Below, in pieces: positions 18,500 to 27,202 of a stretch of DNA of 64,000 nt. The notes below the pieces were generated by a model. It saw only the letters and a program-made list of their open reading frames with translations, ran no database searches and was not told the DNA's origin. Within the stretch, counting starts at the first letter, position 1; the number at the start of each line of letters is the position of its first letter. The position numbers were made by a program, and so were the translations under genes. The stretch is from positions 1 to 64,000 of IMG/VR virus record IMGVR_UViG_3300048008_000449. One strand, written 5' to 3'.

Positions 18500-19799
18500 T
18501 ACTAATTATCATAGAGACATATACACCAGAAAACGAAAAGTTAAAGAATGGATGGCTGAACCTGGAAATAATTTTTGTGCATTGCCGTTTATTCATATGG
18601 CAATTGAAGCAGATGGGCAGGTAAGACCTTGTTGTATGGGAGATCCTTTTGACAATATTAATGTTTCAGGCGGTACAATAGAGAGTGCATATAATCACCC
18701 TGAAAGACAAGAATTTGTACAAGCATTTAAAGACAACAAACAACATCCAAAGTGTAATGTATGTTGGAATGCATCATATAGTATACGTAGTAGATATTCA
18801 TCAAATGACATGTCTATAAAATTTACTGAATCAGTAATGGAAGGCAATACCCCAGAAGCATCATTAAAATGGTTAGAAATTAAACCCGGAAACAGATGTA
18901 ATTTAAAATGTAGAATATGTGGGATACACAATAGCAGTACATGGACAAAAGATCATCATATTCTAAAAGAACACAAGAGCGTAAAATTTAAAGATTCATT
19001 TGCATTTAAATATACACAAAAATGTAATTGGGTCGATGATCCTAACTTCTGGAATGATATAAATCAGTTAGATGAAATACAAGATTTACACTTTATGGGT
19101 GGTGAACCTTTTATGGTATTAGAGCATTTTCAGTTACTTGAGAAATTAGTAGCTAGTCGAGATTGTAGTGATATCACTATTAGATATAATACAAATGGTA
19201 CTTATTATCCAACAGCAGAACAATGGAAATTGTATGAGAATTTTAGACAAGTAAAATTTCAAGTAAGTATTGATGATGTTGGTCCAAGATTTGAGTACGC
19301 TCGTAAAGAAGCAAAGTGGGATCTAGTAAAAGAAAATCTAAGAAAGTTTAGAGAAGCAAAACTATTATGCGAAGTTAAAGCAAAAAATGATCCCATCAAT
19401 TATCCAGTAACAAAAGTTAGAGCAAATTTAGACCCAACAGTAAGTATGTTTAATATATTTTACTTAGATGTTATTGAAGAAGAATTTAATAACATGGGTT
19501 GGCCTTTGGGAAGTCATGCAGATCATTATGTCTATAATGGACCAAATAATATAAGAAACTTGCCAGATGAATATAAACATATAATAACTGAAAAATATAA
19601 AGACACTAAAAGTACTTGGATACCAATGGCAGTAGATTATATGTGGACAGCCAAAAGTGATTATGAACAGTGGATGATGTTTGTAAAACAGACTAAAGAA
19701 ACAGACACAGTAAGAAATGAAAGTTTTAGTGATGTATATCCTGAATTTTATAATCTTATAAAAAGTGAATATGATAGGTATGAACCAATAGATGAATAA
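18492..19799 (+). CDS. Radical SAM protein with N-terminal SPASM/Twitch-like domain
   Basis: FCALPFIH..VRPCC..CNVC; CNLKCRIC; GGEPF; YNTNG; SIDD..FEYAR. Confidence 0.94.
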   Translation: MPDTNYHRDIYTRKRKVKEWMAEPGNNFCALPFIHMAIEADGQVRPCCMGDPFDNINVSGGTIESAYNHPERQEFVQAFKDNKQHPKCNVCWNASYSIRSRYSSNDMSIKFTESVMEGNTPEASLKWLEIKPGNRCNLKCRICGIHNSSTWTKDHHILKEHKSVKFKDSFAFKYTQKCNWVDDPNFWNDINQLDEIQDLHFMGGEPFMVLEHFQLLEKLVASRDCSDITIRYNTNGTYYPTAEQWKLYENFRQVKFQVSIDDVGPRFEYARKEAKWDLVKENLRKFREAKLLCEVKAKNDPINYPVTKVRANLDPTVSMFNIFYLDVIEEEFNNMGWPLGSHADHYVYNGPNNIRNLPDEYKHIITEKYKDTKSTWIPMAVDYMWTAKSDYEQWMMFVKQTKETDTVRNESFSDVYPEFYNLIKSEYDRYEPIDE

Positions 19800-20157
19800 T
19801 TTTAAAAATATAATAACACATTACAGTGATGGTACAAGTGAAGAAGATAATGTAAATAATGTAATGGCACGAGATGAAAATGATTTCCGTGGTTGGGAAT
19901 GTTGGGCTGGTGTACAAAATATTACAATAAGCAATACAGGTGATGTGTATAGAGCAATATGCAAAGTAGGAGGCAAACTAGGAAACATATATGATGGATT
20001 TGAAATGCCACTTGAAACAATTATTTGTAACAAGCCTAGATGTATATGTGCCGCTGATGTACAACTATCAAAAGCACAACCAGAGCATGTTACAAAATTA
20101 AGAGTAGGAAAAGATTGGATGGACGATGTTTATAGTTCGGGTATAAAAGATGAGTAA
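19792..20157 (+). CDS. Stand-alone SPASM-like domain protein
   Basis: FRGWECWAG..G.VYR..C..LGNI..GF..C...C.C.AD.Q.SK matches the C-terminus of 23454-24629 (FEGWECSSG..C..LGNI.TGF..C...C.SSADSKIPK). Confidence 0.82.
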   Translation: MNNFKNIITHYSDGTSEEDNVNNVMARDENDFRGWECWAGVQNITISNTGDVYRAICKVGGKLGNIYDGFEMPLETIICNKPRCICAADVQLSKAQPEHVTKLRVGKDWMDDVYSSGIKDE

Positions 20158-21457
20158 ACAAAGCAATTATGAAAAGTTCTACGAGAACGCTATAGGAAAA
20201 ATTGGCAAACTGCCAGTGGATAAAGAATCATTTTGTCCATTGCCATTTGTACATGTAAGCACTATGCCGCATGGAGAAGTTAAACTATGTTGTAGAGCAC
20301 AACCACCAAAGAATGGAAAAAATCCAAATGTTAAAGATGAAGATTTTAATCTAAAAGATTATTGGCACAGTGAGTATATGAATGAGATACGAGATTCCTT
20401 AATCACAGGTGAGAAACATCATCAGTGTAAAAATTGTTGGAAGATGGAAGATAATAACATTGTTAGTTTACGTATGAATAGATTAACAGATTTAATGGAA
20501 ACTCCATCAACCAGAAATGCAGTTGAAAAATATTTAGTAGATAGAGAAGTAGATTTTAAAATTCCACTGATAGAACTTAAACTAAGCAACGTATGTAATT
20601 TTAAATGTCGTATGTGTTGGCCAAAAGACAGTTCAAAGTGGATGCAAGATTGGGATAAAGTAAAACAATTCTATAATAAAAATGACAGAGAATATGTAGA
20701 TGAAATTGTAGACAGTAATGATTTACGTAAATCTAGAGTAATGAACTTGTATGAAAAAGATGAACATTTTGTTCCACAATTATTAGAAGTAATGGAAACT
20801 GTAGAAGAGATTGAATTTGCAGGCGGTGAGCCACTTATGGATCCTATTCATTATCGTGTATTAGACAGTATTCCACATCCAGAAAACGTTACATTAAAAT
20901 ACAGTACAAACCTAAGTATTATGAAAATGGGTAAACATAGTGTTATTGACTTATGGAAAAAATTTAAAAGCATTAAACTAACAATCAGTATTGATGGACA
21001 CAAAGAGCTTAATGCTAAAATAAGAAGAGGGTCTGATTGGGAACTATTAAAAAGTAACATTAACTTAGTTAAGAAAGAATTAACTAATATTGATGTTATC
21101 AAAGGAACTACATGTATTAGCGGAATGAATGCAAAAGAACTAGGCGAAACAGCTGAAGCTATTGTATTCGAATTAGGTATACACTGGCATACAAGCCGTG
21201 TACAATGGCCTGATTTCTTACATGCTAACGTATTACGCCCAACGGAGCTTCAAGGTGGAATAGACGGCTTAAAACGGGTATTTGATAGCTTAAACCTACC
21301 AGAAAGACGTATGGTAGGTAGACGCTTTATGTTTGAAACACATTTAAATGGTGCTATGCATTGGCTACAATCTTGTATTGACAATAACAAGCACGAAGAA
21401 AAATACGAAGCATTTTGTAAGTTTAATCAGACAATTACGGACATTGATGATGACTAA
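20150..21457 (+). CDS. Radical SAM protein with N-terminal SPASM/Twitch-like domain
   Basis: FCPLPFVH..KLCC..CKNC; CNFKCRMC; AGGEP; YSTN; SIDG. Confidence 0.94.
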   Translation: MSKQSNYEKFYENAIGKIGKLPVDKESFCPLPFVHVSTMPHGEVKLCCRAQPPKNGKNPNVKDEDFNLKDYWHSEYMNEIRDSLITGEKHHQCKNCWKMEDNNIVSLRMNRLTDLMETPSTRNAVEKYLVDREVDFKIPLIELKLSNVCNFKCRMCWPKDSSKWMQDWDKVKQFYNKNDREYVDEIVDSNDLRKSRVMNLYEKDEHFVPQLLEVMETVEEIEFAGGEPLMDPIHYRVLDSIPHPENVTLKYSTNLSIMKMGKHSVIDLWKKFKSIKLTISIDGHKELNAKIRRGSDWELLKSNINLVKKELTNIDVIKGTTCISGMNAKELGETAEAIVFELGIHWHTSRVQWPDFLHANVLRPTELQGGIDGLKRVFDSLNLPERRMVGRRFMFETHLNGAMHWLQSCIDNNKHEEKYEAFCKFNQTITDIDDD

Positions 21458-22496
21458 GAAGTTAGCAATATTTGGTAATAGCTTTGGAACGCAACTCGCA
21501 GACCCTGCAAAAAGAGTATGGGAGTTAATGCCAAGCAAAGAGAGAAAAATAGAATTTAGAAAAGCATGGTATAATGAAATGCCTAGCTGGATTAGAATGC
21601 TTAAAAATGAATATGATGTAGTGCATACATTTGCTGTTGGCAATACAGGTATAGATTATAGTTACTTACAATTTTTAAGATATCACAATGAGTATGATAC
21701 TGTAATATTCATAACAACACGAGCATGGACTCATTCACATATACAATATGGTAATCAAGTAGAGGAATGGCGAGGCGAAGCTTCTATACATGATATTGAT
21801 TTTATAAGACCCGAATGGATGTTAGATGAAAGACCAATTAATTGTTACAAAAAGTTCGCTGAAAAAATACTTAAATCAAATAATAAACCAACTGGTCCTG
21901 AAATGCCTATATATGATGAAGATGCAATAAACTTAATGAAAGTATATGTTGACTACGGTACACATGTTGTTCCCAAATTTCCATTTAGAGATCTGTTACA
22001 ATGGGCATCAATGATTGATAATATAATTAGAACTAGACCAGATGTTAAAATGATAAACACTAGTCCAGAAGAGTTTAATGATCTTGGAATTAAAATACCA
22101 ATTGGAAAAATACAAACTTTACATAGAATGGAAAATGATATTTTACTAGGCAAACATGCAGAGTATGAATTTAGAAAAGCTCAGGGTTTACCGTTAGATG
22201 AAGATGGGAAACTTGTTGCTGGATTAGATGATGCATTGCAACAGATGCCTGTTTTAAAATTGTACAGTGATGCTAGAGTAGGACACTTATCAACAGAAGC
22301 ACATAGGTTAATATATGCTGAAGTAAAAGATTTATTAGCATCCAACAATACTTGGTTAGATTTTGATTTAGATGCTATGGTTAAAAAACTTATGGAAATG
22401 AATTTAGATAAAAAGAGATATTTTGTTGCAGAACACAAAGACATTAAATCATGGGCTAAATATAATAACTTATGGATTGATGAGGAAGTAAAATGA
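21450..22496 (+). CDS. SGNH/GDSL-hydrolase-like protein
   Basis: IFGNSFG (block I), FAVGNTG (block II), DARVGHL (D..H); start set at ATG 21450 (21447 also possible). Confidence 0.55.
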   Translation: MTKKLAIFGNSFGTQLADPAKRVWELMPSKERKIEFRKAWYNEMPSWIRMLKNEYDVVHTFAVGNTGIDYSYLQFLRYHNEYDTVIFITTRAWTHSHIQYGNQVEEWRGEASIHDIDFIRPEWMLDERPINCYKKFAEKILKSNNKPTGPEMPIYDEDAINLMKVYVDYGTHVVPKFPFRDLLQWASMIDNIIRTRPDVKMINTSPEEFNDLGIKIPIGKIQTLHRMENDILLGKHAEYEFRKAQGLPLDEDGKLVAGLDDALQQMPVLKLYSDARVGHLSTEAHRLIYAEVKDLLASNNTWLDFDLDAMVKKLMEMNLDKKRYFVAEHKDIKSWAKYNNLWIDEEVK

Positions 22497-23464
22497 GTAT
22501 AGGAATTTTTGGCGATAGTTTTGCAAGGTGTAAAGTTCCATTAATGCATCCTTTAGACCCAAGTAATATTAAAACAGTAATACATACAAATGATGAATAT
22601 ATTAACTTCCAACAAAAAGTAGAAGCACTGATGCCAACTTGGGCTAAGTTATTACCAGATACTACAAATTTTGCAGCAGGCGGTACAGATTTATCTTGGA
22701 GTTTTTTAAAGTTTTTAGAACACCATGAAAAGTATGATAACATTATTTTTGTAGTTACATCGCCAAAAAGAATAACACTAAATGCTCCTCATATGTATGT
22801 GCCAAGTGACAGAGGAAGTAAATTTGGAGTAAATTTGATAACATCAGTAAGTGCTAATCAATCACTTCTTAAAAAAGAAAAGTTTTGTAATTCTGTAAAT
22901 GAAGAACATCTATATGTACGTGATGCTTACGATGCAATTAACAAATGGCAGACTCATATTCAACCAGAGTTTCCTGAAAGAGATTTCTTACATTACGGAA
23001 TATTAATTAATGAGTTGCAACGTATAAGACCAGATATTAAATTAATAAAAGCATTTTGTCACCCTACAGCAGATGATGAATGGAAGATGAAAGATTTTGG
23101 CAAAAAAAATTACTATCCATACAAGCATTTTGATAATATTCCACTTGACAATAAAGCTGAATACCTGCATAATATAGTAAAAGTTGAAGATTCTAATTAT
23201 TTTGAAGAACAAATAGCACAACCTAATAAATGGCATGATTGCAGATCAGGACATATAAGTATTACTTCGCATGTAATATTATATAAAATAATAACAAAGT
23301 GGTTAAAAACTAATGATACATGGCTTAACTTTGATATAGAAGAATTTAAAAATAATAAAGTAGATGCAAATGATAGCTTTATGGATAAAAGTAAATCGTT
23401 ACCAGAATGGCAAGATGCATTCCTACAAAGACGTATTAATGATGGAAAAATAAATGGAAGATAA
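22493..23464 (+). CDS. SGNH/GDSL-hydrolase-like protein, paralog of 21450-22496
   Basis: IFGDSFA, NFAAGGTD..WSF, DCRSGHI; shared FP.RD.L..RPD.K.I and WL.FD blocks. Confidence 0.6.
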   Translation: MSIGIFGDSFARCKVPLMHPLDPSNIKTVIHTNDEYINFQQKVEALMPTWAKLLPDTTNFAAGGTDLSWSFLKFLEHHEKYDNIIFVVTSPKRITLNAPHMYVPSDRGSKFGVNLITSVSANQSLLKKEKFCNSVNEEHLYVRDAYDAINKWQTHIQPEFPERDFLHYGILINELQRIRPDIKLIKAFCHPTADDEWKMKDFGKKNYYPYKHFDNIPLDNKAEYLHNIVKVEDSNYFEEQIAQPNKWHDCRSGHISITSHVILYKIITKWLKTNDTWLNFDIEEFKNNKVDANDSFMDKSKSLPEWQDAFLQRRINDGKINGR

Positions 23465-24629
23465 AGATTTAAAATGGAGTGAATATGATTTCACTAAAAC
23501 ACCGTACGATAAACTAGTACGTGTTGGACAACGAAATATGTTGTATAGAGACATGTTTACTGTTAGCTGGTTAATAGGAAGATTTTGTAATTACAATTGT
23601 AGTTATTGTTGGCCTTATGCTAGAAGTAGTAGAAAAGATCATAGACCAACTGAACTTAATTTAAAAACAATTGATGAGATTAAGCGTCAAGCACGTGAAA
23701 GAGGATTCAATAGTTTTCACTTTAGTTTAAGTGGGGGTGAGCCTACATTCCATCCTGGCTATTTAGATATGTTAAAACATTTAAGTGATGATGCACATAA
23801 TACAAATTATACAAGTGTGCATATGACTTCAAACTGTAGTCGTAATATGAAATGGTTTCAAACATATTGTGATTATGCTAGTAAGTTTCACAGAGCAAGT
23901 ATAACAGCAAGTTTACATGTTGAACACGTAAACACACCTGAAAAAATGCAAGACCTTGCAGACAAATTAATACTATGTCAAGAGCATGATGTACAAGTAA
24001 CAATTAATATGGTTATGGTACCTGCATTATTTGATGAATATTATGACAACGCATTATTCTTCCATAATCAAGGAATCAATGTTACACTAAAACCTCAATC
24101 AGATCCAACAGCAAGTAGAATTGTTGATGGTTATACAGATGAAATGAAAAGAAAATTACACAATGGTATGCCACAACGTAGTTACACTGAAGCTAAAGCA
24201 CAACAAAAGCAATTAGTAACTAGACCTAAGCCTACATTTAAAATTGACCCTGATGATCATTTCCGTAAACAGACAGCATCAGTTCCGTGGAACATGCAGG
24301 TGGAATTTAGAGATGATAAAGGTGATCCGTGGTATATGGATCAAGCTGAAAGATTTAATGCATTTAATTTTAATCAATTTGAAGGTTGGGAATGTAGTAG
24401 TGGATATCGTAGTATAATTATACGTGAACCAGATGGATCAGTTAAAAGGTCTTACTCATGTCATGATCAACCTTTAGGTAATATTGAAACTGGATTTAAA
24501 TTGTTTGATGGTCCAAAAGTATGTACTACAAAATCTTGTGTATCAAGTGCTGATAGTAAAATACCAAAACGAGCACCAGGAACAGCTATGCCCCTTTGGC
24601 CCGGTGATGATACTTTCTTTGAAGATTAA
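23454..24629 (+). CDS. Radical SAM protein with C-terminal SPASM-like domain
   Basis: SWLIGRFCNYNCSYC, SGGEPT.HP, TSN; C-terminal WEC..C..C...C. Confidence 0.93.
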   Translation: MEDKDLKWSEYDFTKTPYDKLVRVGQRNMLYRDMFTVSWLIGRFCNYNCSYCWPYARSSRKDHRPTELNLKTIDEIKRQARERGFNSFHFSLSGGEPTFHPGYLDMLKHLSDDAHNTNYTSVHMTSNCSRNMKWFQTYCDYASKFHRASITASLHVEHVNTPEKMQDLADKLILCQEHDVQVTINMVMVPALFDEYYDNALFFHNQGINVTLKPQSDPTASRIVDGYTDEMKRKLHNGMPQRSYTEAKAQQKQLVTRPKPTFKIDPDDHFRKQTASVPWNMQVEFRDDKGDPWYMDQAERFNAFNFNQFEGWECSSGYRSIIIREPDGSVKRSYSCHDQPLGNIETGFKLFDGPKVCTTKSCVSSADSKIPKRAPGTAMPLWPGDDTFFED

Positions 24630-25082
24630 TTATTTGATATTAGCCCAATGCTTTTTAGCATTTCCTGTATGATGAGCCCAACGTATAAACAGTCCTACTT
24701 CGCGACCGTTAGCCTCAATTTCCCAAGGTAGATCCCAATAGTCTGTTGTTTCTGGAACAAGTGTATCTTTCCATTTATAAAACTTTTTTTGTATTGCCGT
24801 ATCACTCATTTCGTTACGAGCATATTGCTTAACATGTACCATTTCGTGTGCAACAGTTTCAAGCATTCTACGCAACCCAACAGTATGATCAATTTCTAAT
24901 TCATACTCGCGAGCAGATTCACGTAGACAATAACCGTCGGCATCTGATCCTAATTTTTTGAGTTTAACTACTATGTCAAGAGTTTGCATTCGCGGCATTA
25001 ATTTCTTTATGCAGAATTCAACCATAGAACGTGCATATTCTTGTTTGGCTTTCGTGCCGCCTGTAATTTCAATGTCGTTCAT
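24630..25082 (-). CDS. Putative zinc metallopeptidase (HExxH), phage type
   Basis: TVAHEMVHVKQY and DLPWEIEA. Confidence 0.75.
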   Translation of the reverse strand: MNDIEITGGTKAKQEYARSMVEFCIKKLMPRMQTLDIVVKLKKLGSDADGYCLRESAREYELEIDHTVGLRRMLETVAHEMVHVKQYARNEMSDTAIQKKFYKWKDTLVPETTDYWDLPWEIEANGREVGLFIRWAHHTGNAKKHWANIK

Positions 25083-25093
25083 GTTACTAACCT

Positions 25094-25387
25094 TTACTGG
25101 CCCAAATAATCTTTTTTCAGTACTTCTAACTGTTCTTCTGCATTTGGGTATTTTTGTAACAAATCAAGTTCTAACTGTTCTTTACTTTCAACTGCATTTT
25201 CAGATTCAATCTTATCAGCAATATCATTAAACGCTTCGTAAAAATCGTTGTTGCTACGATATAAATTGTGAACATCCATATATGCATCAGCATCAACAAA
25301 ATTCCAGTTTATTGAACCGTCTTCGTTTTTGTTCTCATCTAACTCAATTGCTGATCTCATTGTTGACTCTAATATTGCATTAATCAT
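25094..25387 (-). CDS. Hypothetical acidic protein, first gene after a consensus sigma70 promoter
   Basis: 97-aa ORF with AAGG-containing leader; no motif recognised. Confidence 0.65.
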   Translation of the reverse strand: MINAILESTMRSAIELDENKNEDGSINWNFVDADAYMDVHNLYRSNNDFYEAFNDIADKIESENAVESKEQLELDLLQKYPNAEEQLEVLKKDYLGQ

Positions 25388-25418
25388 AGTGTATACCTTT
25401 TTGTTAACTTATACATAC

Positions 25419-25447
25419 ATTATAGCAAGAACTCTTGGTAATGTCAA
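25419..25447 (-). promoter_or_regulatory. Consensus sigma70 promoter TTGACA-17-TATAAT with palindromic spacer CAAGA-NN-TCTTG
   Basis: Counted from the sequence: -35 at 25442-25447, -10 at 25419-25424, inverted repeat at 25426-25437. Confidence 0.85.
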
Positions 25448-25461
25448 CCTTTTTGTTCAAC

Positions 25462-25487
25462 AAAAAACCCTTGTATTACAAGGGTTT
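25462..25487 (-). terminator. Intrinsic terminator-like hairpin
   Basis: AAACCCTTGTA-T-TACAAGGGTTT 11-bp inverted repeat followed by a T-run on the minus strand. Confidence 0.7.
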
Positions 25488-25520
25488 ATAAATTAAATGC
25501 ATATTTATTTAGCTGATTAT

Positions 25521-25619
25521 TTAAATTAAGTCGTTTTTAAGACAGTATATCCATGCCCTAGCTTGTTGTTTTGTGTATCCTTCTTTACGCATTAGTCTGT
25601 AAATACTTGGATAACACAT
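25521..25619 (-). CDS. Possible 32-aa small protein
   Basis: MCYPSIYRLMRKEGYTKQQARAWIYCLKNDLI fills the gap after 25623; not in ORF track. Confidence 0.35.
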   Translation of the reverse strand: MCYPSIYRLMRKEGYTKQQARAWIYCLKNDLI

Positions 25620-25622
25620 TTT

Positions 25623-26147
25623 CTACTGAGGATTGTCTGGATCTGAGTGTATTTCGTTAATAATACGTTGATCAACCCCTTGCAATTTAAGTGCTTTTCG
25701 TTTGGGAGGTAAGCTATCTCGTCTAATATTATCAAATGTAAATTCTTGTATATTAGTTAATAACCCATTTTTTTGCTCTGTTTCTTTAAATACTCCAGTG
25801 GCTGGTTTTCCATTTTCTGCTTGTTCACCCATAGTTTGCATCTTACGTGCATTGCTCTTTGAATAAGGCATTGTATAGTACTGTGGTTGAGGCTCACCAA
25901 CATGTCTAACTAGATAGTAAATGTGAGGCTTTTGAACTTCTGCCCATAGTACTTCTACTTCTCCTTTTGGTAAACTATTAACTGGAGTTCCTTGTAATGC
26001 ATATATTGAATAACCTGTATATAAGCTACTTACTAGTACCAAAGGAATTAATAAAAATACAAGAATTCTGTTTTTGTTAGTTTGTATAATAGCATACGTT
26101 GTTAGTACTGCTAAACAAAAAAGTAAAATTGTGGCTATATAAATCAT
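25623..26147 (-). CDS. Membrane-anchored protein (two N-terminal TM helices), third gene of the TolQ/MotA-like cassette
   Basis: Hydrophobic residues 1-50, soluble C-terminus; 1-nt overlap with the upstream gene. Confidence 0.7.
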   Translation of the reverse strand: MIYIATILLFCLAVLTTYAIIQTNKNRILVFLLIPLVLVSSLYTGYSIYALQGTPVNSLPKGEVEVLWAEVQKPHIYYLVRHVGEPQPQYYTMPYSKSNARKMQTMGEQAENGKPATGVFKETEQKNGLLTNIQEFTFDNIRRDSLPPKRKALKLQGVDQRIINEIHSDPDNPQ

Positions 26148-26746
26148 TATTGAACTGCTCCATTTGATGGCACTATATCTCTGAAGTGCTGAAATATTTC
26201 TGTAACTTTACCATCTTTATCTACATTGAAAGCTGGCAATCTTTGTACTTCTCTGAAACGAAGTAAGTTTCCAGTTATACTATAAACTTGTCTAAATGGG
26301 TTTACTTTCATTACAGTAACAGTATAATCAATTACATCTTCTTTCTTTGAATAAGCATGCACCGATACATAATAATCGCCCGGAACAATACCTCTTATTG
26401 TAGTCATTTCTCTGTTTGATTTTAAAGTACGTGTTACACCATCAATAAGAACTACATCATTTGTTGTACCTAAATCATCTCTGTCTAAGTGTAATGGCGT
26501 TAATTCTCTGTTTGCAAAACCTACAGGTTTGTTGCTATCGTGTTGTACCCATAAATCAACATCATCTACTGATTCTTGTTCCCATTCGAGTATAATAATA
26601 AACTCTGCTTTAACAGGTATATCTGCTTTTTTAGTAATAGGATTAATCAATAGAAAAGCAATAACGAATAGCATTACAAATCCAATAAGGACATTGAAAA
26701 GCAAGTCGTTGAATGCTAGGTTGGAAGTGGTTCTTCTGTTAGGCAT
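26147..26746 (-). CDS. ExbD/TolR/MotB-like single-TM protein with a beta-rich soluble domain
   Basis: AFNDLLFNVLIGFVMLFVIAFLLINP (TM helix with the Asp typical of MotB/ExbD), followed by a DVDLWV-containing domain. Confidence 0.6.
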   Translation of the reverse strand: MPNRRTTSNLAFNDLLFNVLIGFVMLFVIAFLLINPITKKADIPVKAEFIIILEWEQESVDDVDLWVQHDSNKPVGFANRELTPLHLDRDDLGTTNDVVLIDGVTRTLKSNREMTTIRGIVPGDYYVSVHAYSKKEDVIDYTVTVMKVNPFRQVYSITGNLLRFREVQRLPAFNVDKDGKVTEIFQHFRDIVPSNGAVQ

Positions 26747-27182
26747 TAGACTTTTGTTCTTGTACCATTACTTGAACTTTTACAAATAAACTTGCAACCA
26801 ATCCACATAATGTTGTTAGTAGAGCGGTGCTCATGCCCGCCGCCATGTCAATAATGACTTGCCTCATACTTTCAATATCGCCTGGATCAATTTGTGAGAA
26901 GCTACTGCCTAGCATAAGCATGAAACCTATGACGGTTCCAACCATACCAACAGTCATGCACGACTCACCAATAAACCATGCCATATCGTTATCGTCTATT
27001 TGTTTGTAACTTCTATAACCAACTAAACCTGAGGCAATTGTAAACATACCTAGGATAGCAAAGCTAAGTTTTGTAGAATCATTTTCTATAAGAAATTGGA
27101 TCGCTCCGAAGTAAAAAGCAATGCCGAGTGCGATAGTTTGCATCACTGCAACTAGCCACCAAATTAAGAATTTTTTATTCAT
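26739..27182 (-). CDS. MotA/TolQ/ExbB proton-channel family protein
   Basis: VGMVGTVIGFM and GMSTALLTTLCGLVAS match the LG.LGTV.G / G..TAL.TT..GL signatures. Confidence 0.82.
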   Translation of the reverse strand: MNKKFLIWWLVAVMQTIALGIAFYFGAIQFLIENDSTKLSFAILGMFTIASGLVGYRSYKQIDDNDMAWFIGESCMTVGMVGTVIGFMLMLGSSFSQIDPGDIESMRQVIIDMAAGMSTALLTTLCGLVASLFVKVQVMVQEQKSNA

Positions 27183-27202
27183 GGAATACTTCCCTTTATA
27201 TT

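Noticed and set aside
1059-24629. Stop-codon reassignment or readthrough explaining the split rSAM genes
   Set aside because: TAA, TAG and TGA all end intact genes with coupled downstream starts; the 1059/1726 halves are in different frames, and the 17777/19792 halves are separated by a whole gene
1059-24629. Classical RiPP cluster with repeated precursor peptides
   Set aside because: No Cys-rich, repeated-core or leader-bearing peptides and no RRE/PqqD, peptidase or ABC exporter were recognised; only one 46-aa coiled-coil-like ORF is present
17777-24629. QueE, MoaA or viperin identity for the CNYNCSYC rSAMs
   Set aside because: Motifs beyond CxxxCxxC do not clearly match those families by eye and no partner genes are adjacent; this needs an HMM search
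25623-27182. Complete Zorya defence system
   Set aside because: The A-like subunit lacks the long cytoplasmic tail, the B-like subunit has no recognisable OmpA domain, and no ZorC/D/E effectors are adjacent
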